Assembly (NCBI GenBank): GCA_039680575.1
Contig: JBDKSP010000083.1
Location: forward strand, 1 to 27,900
DNA from: Armatimonadota bacterium
GTDB lineage: Bacteria > Armatimonadota > UBA5829 > DTLH01
Direction of reading: 5' to 3'
DNA length: 27,900 nt
This document shows positions 8,865 through 18,943 of this stretch, in pieces. A model generated the notes under the pieces. That model was not told where the DNA came from and made no database searches. It saw nothing but the letters and a program-made list of their open reading frames with translations. A program made the position numbers and the translations under genes. The number at the start of each line of letters is the position of its first letter. Position 1 is the first letter of the stretch.

Positions 8865-10859
8865 ATGAGATTCATAATATTATTGATGGCTGCACTGGTC
8901 ATGGCTATCATGCTTGGATCATCTTCAGCCTGCCAGGAGAGGGTAATCCAAGCCGTGAAGACGACGCAAGCTCCGGTTCTTGACGGTAAGCTCGGTGACG
9001 CCTGCTGGCAACGCCCGCCTGACGCCGTCGATTTCTGGATTACTCAGACGACAACCCGCGCATTGGAGGATACCGCCGCGTGGATCTGCTATGACCGGAA
9101 GAATATCTATGTCGCCTTTCGCTGCAGCGACAGTCAGCCCTCAAAAATAACGGCCCAGCAGAAAAAACGCGGCGGGTCTATACGGACAGACGATTATGTG
9201 GCTATCGATATAGACCCCTGGCATACCCACAGGACTGCTTTCCAGTTTTATGTGACCTCTCTTGGGACACAAGTGGAGATGCTTCCCGGCGCTGGTGGCA
9301 GTAAGGTCGAGTGGCTGGGTGATTGGCATGCCGCCGTAGACATCGATGGCTCCGGCTGGACGGCTGAGATGGCGGTCCCCTGGTCTAAGCTCAAATATCC
9401 GGCAGAGCAGGATACAATGGGTATCTCTTTCTACAGACATCTCGCAAGAACGGATCAGTATTGGGTCAGTCCCGATTTGGGACCGAATTCCGATGAAAAT
9501 CTCATGCTCGACTGGACTGGCATCGAAACCCCCTCACCCAAATTGGACAGAGTTGCCCTGCACTACTCGAATGTTGGGTTGGGCGGCGTCAGGTTCAGCA
9601 ACGGTATCGACCTCAAACAGCAGTTGTCGCAGGAGACGAATGCGCTTATTACCATCAATCCGGACTTCGACAGTGTCGAGCAGAGTGTAGAAAGTATCGA
9701 TTTCAGCTATTCTCCCCGGGTGCTCTCGGATAACCGTCCATTCTTTACCGAAGGGAACCATCACCAGGACGATGAGTCCCGGATGTTCTACAGCAGGGAC
9801 ATAGAAGATGTGGATGCCGGGGTAAAACTGGCAGGCCAGACAAAGAACCAGGACTTTTCGGCGCTCATGACCACCGGCGGCAGCGGAGACAGGCATATGT
9901 ATTATAAATCCCGCTGGGACCTGGGTGATGTCAACCGCTTCGGTATTGCCGCAACCTCGACACGTGAACCGGGAGTGGAAAATAGCGTTGCCTCGTTCCA
10001 TGGCAGGCTGGGAAAGAATACAGGAAAACGGACCGATTACATCGAATACCGGCTCATGAAGAGCTTTAGTGAGGGTGATAACCGGGATGGGACTATTTCG
10101 ACGTTCGGCGCAAGCGGAGAAGGCGGCACGCGCCAGCTCAGTTGGGGACTGTGGTACACGGATATAAACCCGGATTATTATGCCGCGGACGGCATAGTCA
10201 CCGATCCGGATCTCAAAGGCTGGAATTACAGCCTGGGATACGGAGACGACCAAAACCTGGGTTGGCTTCGCGGCTGGTGGGTGAGTCTCAGTGGTAACGA
10301 TCATCGGTATCATTCCGGCTTGACTTTATCTAGAGGACTGTCCATCTCGGCGAGCGCATGGACGGTAAACAGCCAGTTTTATGCGGGCACATCCTGGAAC
10401 CGTCGCGGAGAAGGGAGCACGGATGACGGCAGCTATACCATCTACAATGACCGGATATACTCGCTTGGTACCGGCTGGAAACAGAACGATATGTACGCGC
10501 GCGGTTGGATGGACATCGACTTCGGCAGGCAGGCCGGAGGGAAATCGTTTCATGCGCAAATAAGGCAGGGAGTGAAACTGAGAAGTATGTTCCGCTCCGA
10601 TTTATCGATAGAATACCTCAGGATGACCGGACCGTACGCGCGAAAAGACAGGCAGTCTGTAGCGTCGCTCATCTATGACCTGTCGAGCGAGAGATCGATA
10701 TCGGCCAGGGTTATCGAACTGAACGGTAAGTTGAACCTGTCTATGGGTTTTCGGCAGGCCGTTCGACGCGGAGAAGACATTTACCTGCTCTTTGGCGACC
10801 CGAACGCAGACAGCACAAAAAACAGGGTGATCCTGAAGCTGATCCGTCCGTTGTTCTAG
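8865..10859 (+). CDS. CBM9-like sugar-binding domain plus DUF5916-type outer-membrane beta-barrel protein
   Basis: Signal peptide; P.LDGKL.D..W and GWTAEMAVPW (CBM9-like); INPDFDSVE and RPFFTEG (DUF5916-like). Confidence 0.8.
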   Translation: MRFIILLMAALVMAIMLGSSSACQERVIQAVKTTQAPVLDGKLGDACWQRPPDAVDFWITQTTTRALEDTAAWICYDRKNIYVAFRCSDSQPSKITAQQKKRGGSIRTDDYVAIDIDPWHTHRTAFQFYVTSLGTQVEMLPGAGGSKVEWLGDWHAAVDIDGSGWTAEMAVPWSKLKYPAEQDTMGISFYRHLARTDQYWVSPDLGPNSDENLMLDWTGIETPSPKLDRVALHYSNVGLGGVRFSNGIDLKQQLSQETNALITINPDFDSVEQSVESIDFSYSPRVLSDNRPFFTEGNHHQDDESRMFYSRDIEDVDAGVKLAGQTKNQDFSALMTTGGSGDRHMYYKSRWDLGDVNRFGIAATSTREPGVENSVASFHGRLGKNTGKRTDYIEYRLMKSFSEGDNRDGTISTFGASGEGGTRQLSWGLWYTDINPDYYAADGIVTDPDLKGWNYSLGYGDDQNLGWLRGWWVSLSGNDHRYHSGLTLSRGLSISASAWTVNSQFYAGTSWNRRGEGSTDDGSYTIYNDRIYSLGTGWKQNDMYARGWMDIDFGRQAGGKSFHAQIRQGVKLRSMFRSDLSIEYLRMTGPYARKDRQSVASLIYDLSSERSISARVIELNGKLNLSMGFRQAVRRGEDIYLLFGDPNADSTKNRVILKLIRPLF

Positions 10860-11178
10860 CGAGGGATGAAATCGAGCCTGCAGGTAAAATAATATATTAT
10901 TTATAGATGATATTAATACCAATATACGGCGGATAATATAGTGAAAAAAGCAACCTGGCTGGAGATTATCATCGACAACTCGAAATATAAATAGAATCCT
11001 TCATATATTTTCCATAATCACTCTAAAGTAATTTCCCTAATTTGGCGATGATAATGTCGTACGTACAAATCCACATTATTCACTCTTATAACGGATAATG
11101 TCTTCCTATCAAGCGCATATTTGTTCTTTGTCTACGGGAGCAGAGTCTTGGGATTGTCCAGAGGGATTTATTTTTAGT

Positions 11179-13158
11179 ATGTTGATATCCCGGTTATCGC
11201 TTGGAACCAAGGTATTTCTTATCTCAGCCTTTGTGATGCTCTTGACATCGCTGGGAGACGGCTTAATCCTCTATAGAGGAGCAATCCGCTCTCTTAGGGA
11301 AGAAGTCAGGTCCAAGCTTATCTGCAGTGCGAGAATCGCTGCGCTTCAGATCGATGCCGACCTCCACCGGCAGGTACGACTATCCGCGGATGAGACTACT
11401 CCAGCCTGCAAGAAACTTAAAGCCAAACTGGTTTCCATACTAAAGTCCAGCCCGGACATGCGCTATGTATATACGATAAGCAAGACCGGCAAAAAAGGTG
11501 TGCTGCAGTTTGTTGTCGATGGCGAAACGAACCCCGAGTTGACCTCACACATAGGTGATGTGTACGATACCCGCATCAGTTCCGAGATGCTCAAGGGGTT
11601 CAATGAAGCTACAGCGGACAAAAAGCAGACATCCGATAAGTGGGGAGACTTGCTTTCCGGTTATGCTCCTATAAAAGATGCAAATGGCCGCACGGAAGCT
11701 ATAATCGGCATGGACATGTCGATTGCTCAGCTTAAAAAAGAGGAAAGATCTCTGAGTGTGGTCGCGGTAAAGACCGGTACTGCGGCATTCATGTTGTCGA
11801 TCCTGCTCAGCCTGGCAGTCACAAGGTCCGTACTCAAGCATGTAAAGGTTTTTACGAAGGCAACCGAGCGAATCGAAGGCGGCGATCTGGATTTTCAGAT
11901 AGATGTCGGAGCATCGGATGAGATCGGCCAGTTCCGACGAGCCTTCAACCGTATGATTAAAAGCCTGAAGGAAAACCATGGCCGGTTGCTGGAACAAAGT
12001 ACCCGCGATTTTTTGACCGGGCTGTTCAACCACGGGTATTTTCACGAACGACTGGCGGATGAAATCGAGAGAGCTAAACGCTATGACCGAAACCTGTGCC
12101 TCTTGATACTCGACATCGACAAATTCAAGGCCATTAACGATACATACAGCCATCCGGTGGGGGACGGAATCCTGCGTCAGGTGGCGCTATTGCTTAAGGA
12201 AAATATCCGTAGTATCGACATAGCGGCGAGGTATGGCGGAGATGAATTCGCAGTGATATTGCCCGAAGCCGACATAGATCAAGGTCTGGAAACAGCCGAA
12301 AGGGTCAGAGCCTTAATCGAAGAGCATGATTTCTTCCTGAAATCACAGAGATATTCATTCATCGAAGATTGTGCGTCATCAAGAGTCAGCAAGCTAACGG
12401 TTACTATAGGATTAGCCGGTTATCCGCGTCACCATCACAGCAAAGAAGGCCTTATGATGGCTGCCGATATAGCTCTTTGCCGCGCAAAGCATATGTCCCG
12501 AAACAGTGTGTGTGTATACGATTCATCTATCTGCAGCGAACAGAACGTAGACCCGCAGGCGCTCTACCAGATGCTGAGAGACCCCAGCGCCGCTGCCATA
12601 CAGTCGCTCGCCGCCGCGGTAGATGCCAAAGACCGTTATACGCACGGCCATTCCGAGCGGGTTACGGAGTACGCCTCTATGGTGAGCAAAGAACTTAGTA
12701 TGGATGATGACCAGATAGAAGCTGTAAAAGTTGCAAGCCTGCTTCACGACCTGGGCAAGATCGGAATACCGGACTCTATTCTGAACAAACATGGAAGCCT
12801 GACTGAGGAAGAGAGGCAGACCATACAGCTTCATCCGTCCATAGCTGAGAATATCCTGCGGCGCGCCCCCCAGCTTGACCTTATCGTCCCCGCCGTTCTT
12901 TTCCACCACGAGAGATGGGACGGAGGAGGGTATCCTGATGGGCTCAAGGGAGATGAAATCCCATTAATGGCTCGAATTCTTGCCATTGCCGACTCTTATG
13001 ACGCTATGACATCCGACCGGCCTTATCGAAAAGCGCTTTCCCACGAAGATGCGCTCCTTGAGATCGCAGCAAACGCCGGAAAACAGTTCGACCCGGATCT
13101 GACGCAAGTGTTTATCTCTGCCATGTCCGCCAATACCGGAAATATGAAGGCCGCATAA
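11179..13158 (+). CDS. Membrane sensor-HAMP-GGDEF-HD-GYP c-di-GMP turnover protein
   Basis: Two TM segments flanking a Cache-like sensor; HAMP (DEIGQF..AFN.M); RSID...RYGGDEF; HSERV, LLHDLGKIG, HHERWDGGGYP. The start is uncertain (11098 or 11179). Confidence 0.92.
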   Translation: MLISRLSLGTKVFLISAFVMLLTSLGDGLILYRGAIRSLREEVRSKLICSARIAALQIDADLHRQVRLSADETTPACKKLKAKLVSILKSSPDMRYVYTISKTGKKGVLQFVVDGETNPELTSHIGDVYDTRISSEMLKGFNEATADKKQTSDKWGDLLSGYAPIKDANGRTEAIIGMDMSIAQLKKEERSLSVVAVKTGTAAFMLSILLSLAVTRSVLKHVKVFTKATERIEGGDLDFQIDVGASDEIGQFRRAFNRMIKSLKENHGRLLEQSTRDFLTGLFNHGYFHERLADEIERAKRYDRNLCLLILDIDKFKAINDTYSHPVGDGILRQVALLLKENIRSIDIAARYGGDEFAVILPEADIDQGLETAERVRALIEEHDFFLKSQRYSFIEDCASSRVSKLTVTIGLAGYPRHHHSKEGLMMAADIALCRAKHMSRNSVCVYDSSICSEQNVDPQALYQMLRDPSAAAIQSLAAAVDAKDRYTHGHSERVTEYASMVSKELSMDDDQIEAVKVASLLHDLGKIGIPDSILNKHGSLTEEERQTIQLHPSIAENILRRAPQLDLIVPAVLFHHERWDGGGYPDGLKGDEIPLMARILAIADSYDAMTSDRPYRKALSHEDALLEIAANAGKQFDPDLTQVFISAMSANTGNMKAA

Positions 13159-13367
13159 CATTAAAACTGCCGCAGTAGTTCACCTTCATATGTCACCCCG
13201 AATCAAGTTCAGAGTCCACTGGGTTCCTCTGCCAAAAACCTGGTATATAGCCTGGTATGTCCATTGTGGAATAATTTGTAAGAAATACCGGGAAGTGTTT
13301 TGTGTAGAGGGTATCATTATTAATAGCTTCTTTACTCGCTTCTCGCGAATAGCAGGAGGAATGTCAG

Positions 13368-13870
13368 GTGGATGAATACTGTTCGAAACCGGCACAAAGC
13401 GGCTTTTATCTGGTGATCATCGCAGTTCTGGCAGCATTCATGCTGCAGGGCTGCGGAGGTGGCGGAGGGGGAGGAACATCCACAACAGTCAGTACCGGCA
13501 TCTTGAGGGGTGTCATCTACGCATCCGACGGTGTCACTCCGGTAGCAGGAGCCACGGTCTATGTCCCGTCCGGTAGAGCATCGACACCGGAGCCGGCCAT
13601 TACATCGACTGTAACGGCTGAGGATGGATCGTTTACGCTTACGGGTGTTCCCCAGGAAATACGGTGGTCAAGGTCACAAAAGACTCGTGGTCGCAGAGCA
13701 TCAATGCCACTGCAATAGCGTCCGAGACCGTAGTCCTTCCAAAAGCGACTACCACGCTTCTGGATACAGCTCCAGCTTCACCTTTCGATAGCGGCTCGGA
13801 GGATTCGGGCGATTCGGACGATTCAGACGATTCAGATGAACTCGATGCACCTCCGTCTTCACCTTTTTAG
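13368..13870 (+). pseudogene. Lipoprotein with carboxypeptidase-regulatory-like domain, broken by a 1-nt frameshift near 13650-13653
   Basis: Lipobox LQGC followed by a poly-Gly run. ORF1 ...DGSFTLTGVP continues naturally as GNTVVKVTK... in the frame of ORF 13664-13870. Confidence 0.7.
13802..13837 (+). repeat. Four degenerate 9-bp tandem repeats (gattc[ga]g[ga][ct]) encoding DS(G/D)
   Basis: gattcgggc gattcggac gattcagac gattcagat. Confidence 0.7.
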
Positions 13871-13917
13871 GTGCGCTGATAAGAATACGGAGGATATGCC
13901 TTCGGCACAGCCTTAAC

Positions 13918-13964
13918 AGGGATTTAGAGAGATGGTGGCGCCTTCGCCGTCTCTTTAAATCCCT
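13918..13964. terminator. Long imperfect hairpin downstream of the lipoprotein gene
   Basis: agggatttagagagatgg / ccgtctctttaaatccct. Confidence 0.55.
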
Positions 13965-14103
13965 CCTTCTTCATAATCCGCGTTAAGAAGCCTCCTTACT
14001 GGTTGGATAACTGTTCCTTTGGGGAATATACAAGCAGCCTTTACGATATTTTAAGCCGTTTTTCCAAAACCCGTTAATCAACGCTCACATATGTGGTGGT
14101 GAT

Positions 14104-15675
14104 ATGAGGCTTGCAGCAATCTATACATCGCTGGTCTTTATCCTTTTTGCACAGGCTGTAGCACAAGATGAAACGGTTGCGCCGGTAACTGTCTACAGAA
14201 ACGTCGACCGGATCGAATTCACCGGTAATACAGTCATCTCAAGCGATGAATTGCTCGAGATCATCGGGATCAGACCCGGGCAACTCCTCACTAATGTTGA
14301 GCTCAGCAGGGGAATTCAGGCTATAACAAATGCGTATATGGATCGCGGCTATCTCGCTGTCGTGACTGGTGATATCGTTGCTCCGTTTCAGGAGACGGGG
14401 ATCCTTCGCGTCCCGATTACTGAAGTCCATGTGTCCGAGGTCAGGATAGAAGGGCTGCGGCGAACGAAAGAGTTTGCTATCCGACGGCTGCTGGAAGTGC
14501 AGCCGGGGGTGTTATACAATATTGCCGCCCTTCGCAGGGATGCTGAACGGCTGTTTGCGCTCAATGTATTCGAGTCAGTCAATGCGAGACTTGCCGAGGC
14601 AGATGAACCCGGCAGAGTTGTTGTTATATGGGAGCTTGTCGAACGGAAACGCACAGGGTTCATCACGCTCGGCGGGAGTTACAGTTCGAAAGATAACCTT
14701 GTGGGCAGCGTGACTGTCACTGAGTCAAATGTTCGAGGCCTGGCGGAACAAATCAGGCTGACGGTAAACGTCAATAGCCTGGATACCAGGTTTGGCGGAG
14801 AGCTTCTTTACTATACTCCGTGGGTCGCTCCAAAAACATCGATGACACTCAGGGCTTTCGACCTGGTTAGTTACAGGTTCGGGAGAGACCTTGTGAATGG
14901 GATGGATTCCGACAGGTACTTTGAGCGTGGAAAAGGCGGACAGGCGCTTTTTACCAGAACGCTGACCAATGTCCGCCGGCTTGTGGGTGGAATCCGATAC
15001 GAAGATATTAACGTATCCAACCTGCCGGTGCAGCTTTTTGTTGATAATACTCCATCCCAGGACGGGACAGTCGCTGCGATATCAGGCGAGTATGTTACCG
15101 ATCTTCGTGATTCGACCGTATATCCAACTAGCGGGATGCTGTGGCGGGCTATCATGGAGCCTGGCCGCGTTAACCTGGAAGATAACGGTGACAATTGGAT
15201 CACGAAAGGCTCTGTTGAGATGAGAAGGTTCTTTGCGCTCGACAGGATACCCGTATTGCCCGGCCAGACCGCAGCGCGAAGGCCGCGAGTCATTGCTGCG
15301 CGCCTTATGGCTGGATCATCCGTCGGTGACATTCCATTCTTCGAGCAATATTTCATTGGCGGGCTTGGAAGCCTGAGAGGTTACATCGAAGGCAGGTTCT
15401 GGGGAGATAACATGGTTCTTGCGACTGTCGAATACCGCAATCCATTCGGAAAATCGTTCACAGGAGTAGCATTTGTGGACGCCGGTGATGCCTGGGGAAG
15501 CGATTTCCAGTTCCAGCCAAATGTCGACACTGATTTCAGACAGCACAAGGGCTTTTCTCCTCGAGCTGGAGCTGGAATAGGTGTGCGTTATACCAGCGAT
15601 GTTGGCTCATTCGGTCTGGATTTTGCCTGGGGTGAGGAGTTCCGCACCCACATCACCCTTGGCGATACATTCTGA
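14104..15675 (+). CDS. Omp85 family (BamA/TamA-like) protein with POTRA domains
   Basis: POTRA-like IEFTGNTVIS and VRIEGLRRTK; GG..SLRGY motif; FVDAG; G.G.G.RY; C-terminal F. Confidence 0.9.
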   Translation: MRLAAIYTSLVFILFAQAVAQDETVAPVTVYRNVDRIEFTGNTVISSDELLEIIGIRPGQLLTNVELSRGIQAITNAYMDRGYLAVVTGDIVAPFQETGILRVPITEVHVSEVRIEGLRRTKEFAIRRLLEVQPGVLYNIAALRRDAERLFALNVFESVNARLAEADEPGRVVVIWELVERKRTGFITLGGSYSSKDNLVGSVTVTESNVRGLAEQIRLTVNVNSLDTRFGGELLYYTPWVAPKTSMTLRAFDLVSYRFGRDLVNGMDSDRYFERGKGGQALFTRTLTNVRRLVGGIRYEDINVSNLPVQLFVDNTPSQDGTVAAISGEYVTDLRDSTVYPTSGMLWRAIMEPGRVNLEDNGDNWITKGSVEMRRFFALDRIPVLPGQTAARRPRVIAARLMAGSSVGDIPFFEQYFIGGLGSLRGYIEGRFWGDNMVLATVEYRNPFGKSFTGVAFVDAGDAWGSDFQFQPNVDTDFRQHKGFSPRAGAGIGVRYTSDVGSFGLDFAWGEEFRTHITLGDTF

Positions 15676-15679
15676 GAAA

Positions 15680-16774
15680 TCAGATTATCTCCAGATAGTC
15701 CTTGTCCGGCAGTTGCGGGAATGGCGCTGCAGGGAGCGTCTGATACCAGTAGGCAACAGACGAAATGTCGTCCTGAAGCGGCAGATACCGCCCGCCGCTT
15801 CGCCACCCAAGCGCCTGGATGGTTACCCTGAGGTCATGCTCGAACCGGACCGGGTCGGCTATATGCCAGCGGTACAGCCCGAACCTCGTTTGTGATCTGT
15901 ACAGCCCGTCCGGGCGGATGACCTGAGGCAATCCTGCGTAAGGGGTTGTAAACTCACGGTAGCCGCCGTTTTCCTTGCCCAGGTCGAAGTCGTAAGAACC
16001 GCAGAAATAGTCCTCAGTGCCTGTCCCGCAGATAGTGGGCCAGTCTACATCGCCGTCCATATAGAACTTGATCTCGCCTTCGCCCCACCAGCCGCAGTTA
16101 TTGACTCCCCATGCCATGTAAGTCCCGACGTATTGCCCCTGTCCTTTGACTCCATCCAGGATCGTATGGACATCTTTATACGGCAGAGGGTTGACTCTTC
16201 GGAACTGGGCATGAAAGTAGGCTGCATCCTCCGGCACATCGGTCAGGGTGTAGTCTATCTGGTAGAAGAGCACCATAGGCTCGTCGTCGATGTTAGTTAC
16301 TGTCATTTTGCAGGATTTTTTGAACGGCATCTCCCAATAGCTGTTGAGTCCGCTTCTGGGATTGACGCAGACGGCAAGAGATGACACCTGCGCGTATTCG
16401 CCCCAGCCACAGGCGAAAAAGTCACCAATCGGGCATTCCACGGAGGGTGTTTCGCTGCCGTCCCAGTAGATTCTCAATATGCAGAACCGCCAGTGTCCGC
16501 TGGGAGTCATCCATATGTGCTGGATCGCGCCGGAGCCTTCGATGTCGGCCAGCGTCAGGCATTCGCCAGGCTGGATATTGGCAGCGGGGGATATTTTCCA
16601 GCCTTGCCCAAGGTCGCGAGCACATTTCGCGTTGATTCCTTCCGTTGCCATCCCGGCTTTGCCTTTTTCTCCGGTCGGGTTCTCAGCGCTTATCGAACGG
16701 GTTTTAGCCGACGACAAACGACTGAGGTTTCCCATGTGTACTCCAAGGCCGTTGAAACCTGTCATGTGACGCAT
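15680..16774 (-). CDS. DUF2961 / glycoside hydrolase family 172 protein
   Basis: Motifs RSISAENPTGEKG, PSVECPIGDFF, WWGEGEIKFY, GTGTEDYF, YRWHIADP and DDISSVAYWYQ. Confidence 0.92.
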   Translation of the reverse strand: MRHMTGFNGLGVHMGNLSRLSSAKTRSISAENPTGEKGKAGMATEGINAKCARDLGQGWKISPAANIQPGECLTLADIEGSGAIQHIWMTPSGHWRFCILRIYWDGSETPSVECPIGDFFACGWGEYAQVSSLAVCVNPRSGLNSYWEMPFKKSCKMTVTNIDDEPMVLFYQIDYTLTDVPEDAAYFHAQFRRVNPLPYKDVHTILDGVKGQGQYVGTYMAWGVNNCGWWGEGEIKFYMDGDVDWPTICGTGTEDYFCGSYDFDLGKENGGYREFTTPYAGLPQVIRPDGLYRSQTRFGLYRWHIADPVRFEHDLRVTIQALGWRSGGRYLPLQDDISSVAYWYQTLPAAPFPQLPDKDYLEII

Positions 16775-17005
16775 GATTCCTTTGCGTATGTTATTGGGAT
16801 ATATTTATGGATGGGCGTAGATAGCGGCGGCAACCACTAACGCGGCAATAAAAGCACAGAAAATCCTTCTCATCTGATTTCCTCATACTGCAACATGCCG
16901 CTTGCCCTGCGGCATCAAATTATAGATTTTAATTTTCCATCATTAATTAGCTATTGCAAAACCCGTACCATTACCAGCTTTTTGGGGTATTTATTGCTGA
17001 GGTTT

Positions 17006-17034
17006 TTGGCTGCAGAACATACGTTCGCAGTAAT
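17006..17034 (+). promoter_or_regulatory. LexA/SOS-type operator upstream of the head-packaging module
   Basis: AGAAC-ATAC-GTTCG at 17014-17027 matches CGAACRNRYGTTCG at 13 of 14 positions. It is flanked by ttggct and agtaat with 17-bp spacing. Another TATAAT lies at 17086-17091. Confidence 0.7.
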
Positions 17035-17145
17035 GCCCTGCAAATATCATTGTTTTGACCCCATATTTTGGCTGAGTTGTTGTCTTATAATAGTGAACAA
17101 CAAAATGCTGGCTTGGCAGCTAGAGTCATGACAGGGGAGGGCGGG

Positions 17146-17508
17146 ATGCTATCGAAAAAGCAGCGAAAAGCAATCAAACTGATGTTCCAAAAGCCTGACG
17201 AAGAAGTGGCGGCTGAAGTCGGGGTATCGATAGAAACTATCGCCAGATGGCGGCGTTCCAAGGAGTTCCAAAAGGCGCTTATCGCGGAGGAACGGGTAAT
17301 CAGGGCGGCTGCCGCCAGGATAACATCGGATGCGTCGCTCGTCGCTGCGAAGAACCTGCACAGCCTTCTTTCAAAAAGCGCCGATGGCAAGCTGAGCCTC
17401 GATACGCTCAAGGCGAGCGGTGCCTTTGCTGAGCGGGAGGAAGAACCGGGAGAGACTCTTGAGGAGATCATAAGAGAGGTAGCGAAAGGCGATGAGAGCG
17501 GAGATTGA
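17146..17508 (+). CDS. Putative terminase small subunit (N-terminal HTH)
   Basis: LSKKQRKAI...EEVAAEVGVSIETIARWRRSKEF HTH; overlaps the terL start; GGAGG RBS before ATG 17146. Confidence 0.75.
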   Translation: MLSKKQRKAIKLMFQKPDEEVAAEVGVSIETIARWRRSKEFQKALIAEERVIRAAAARITSDASLVAAKNLHSLLSKSADGKLSLDTLKASGAFAEREEEPGETLEEIIREVAKGDESGD

Positions 17509-18943
17509 CGCGAAACAGAGGATCGCTCTTGCCAAAAGGCTTTTCGGATGGCGGCCTCACCCAACCCAGAGAATATGGCTTGCGGACGAAAGCCGGGTAA
17601 AGGTTGCGGCCTGCGGACGCAGATGGGGGAAGACAGAGGCTGCCGCAGTCGATGCCGCAACGTTCGCCATAGCGGCTCCGGGTTCAGTTCAAATGATCGT
17701 AAGTCCAACTTATGATCAAAGTCGCCTCATTTTTGACGCTGTCGAGCGGATGATATTCGACCAGCCGCTCACCAGACGTGAATCGAAAGCCACCAAAACG
17801 CCCTATCCGAGGCTCAGGATCGGAAGAAGCCGGATTATGGCCCGGACGGCGGATGAGGATGGCCGGAACCTTCGAGGGCACTCCGCCGACAGGGTGATAG
17901 TCGACGAGGCGGCTTATGTGAAAGACGCTGTGGTCGAGGAAGTGATCGGTCCGATGCTCGCCGACCGCGACGGACAGCTCGTGATGATCTCGACTCCTTT
18001 CGGGAAGAACCATTTTTATCGCGCGTTTGTGAACGGGGTTGCAGCAGGCGAGGGTTCTAGTAAGCTGCATTTGGATAATATGCAAATGGTTGCATCCGAA
18101 TGCAGCGGATCTGCACCTGATGGAACAGGCAGCGAAGCGAAAGGCCGTGAAGAGCGGGGGATGGATGGAGTTTCATCTCCCTGCTCCGGCCGATACTCTT
18201 CATACCGGTTCCCATCCTGGAAAAACCCTCACATCAGCCGCGAGTATATCGAATTTCAGAGAAGTGTCGTCACCCCAAGGCAGTTTGCAGTCGAATACGA
18301 AGCGGAATTCCTGGACGACCAGACCTCAGTATTTCCGTGGGAGACCATACAGTCCGCAGTAAACCTCGGAAAGATCGAAATTGCTTCTGAAGAGCCGTGG
18401 ATTGTCGCCGGGGTCGATTGGGCGAGGTATTCGGACTATACCGCAGTCGTGGCAATCGATGTAGGGGCGTCACCTTCGAGAGTTATTGCCATAGACCGCT
18501 TCAACCGGCTCAGTTGGGAGTCCCAAATCGAGCGGGTGGCGGCATTTCTGGAGCGGCATCGTGTGAACGCTGTGCTCACGGACCAGACTTCCGTTGGCGA
18601 TCCGCTTTTAGAACAGCTGAGGAAGCGTCTCTGGGAAAACGGCGCGGGGATGGCAGTAGACGGCTTCACATTTACCAATTCCGGCAAGCGGGAGATTATC
18701 GACAACCTGGTTATACGGCTCACGAACCATGAGCTTGCCATACCCGATGATGAACAGCTCATCCGTGAGCTGCAGTACTTCGAATATGAGCTGACGACAG
18801 CCGGAAACGTGCGGATGAACGCCAGGTCCGGCTACACGGACGATATTGTGGCGGCGCTCGCGCTTGCAGCCTGGAGAGGCAGGTCACATTCGGGACCGGC
18901 GAGGTTTTTGGCAAGCGGCGAAAGGAGAAATAATGCTTACTAA
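17492..18943 (+). CDS. Terminase large subunit
   Basis: Walker A CGRRWGKT, Walker B VIVDEAAY, ISTP coupling motif, RNase H-like GVDWAR..DYT and DDIV.ALALA. Confidence 0.95.
   Translation: MRAEIDAKQRIALAKRLFGWRPHPTQRIWLADESRVKVAACGRRWGKTEAAAVDAATFAIAAPGSVQMIVSPTYDQSRLIFDAVERMIFDQPLTRRESKATKTPYPRLRIGRSRIMARTADEDGRNLRGHSADRVIVDEAAYVKDAVVEEVIGPMLADRDGQLVMISTPFGKNHFYRAFVNGVAAGEGSSKLHLDNMQMVASECSGSAPDGTGSEAKGREERGMDGVSSPCSGRYSSYRFPSWKNPHISREYIEFQRSVVTPRQFAVEYEAEFLDDQTSVFPWETIQSAVNLGKIEIASEEPWIVAGVDWARYSDYTAVVAIDVGASPSRVIAIDRFNRLSWESQIERVAAFLERHRVNAVLTDQTSVGDPLLEQLRKRLWENGAGMAVDGFTFTNSGKREIIDNLVIRLTNHELAIPDDEQLIRELQYFEYELTTAGNVRMNARSGYTDDIVAALALAAWRGRSHSGPARFLASGERRNNAY

Noticed and set aside
10860..11178. 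Possible riboswitch (c-di-GMP or SAM) in the AT-rich leader of the GGDEF/HD-GYP gene
   Set aside because: No recognisable conserved aptamer motifs by eye; an Rfam/Infernal scan would be needed
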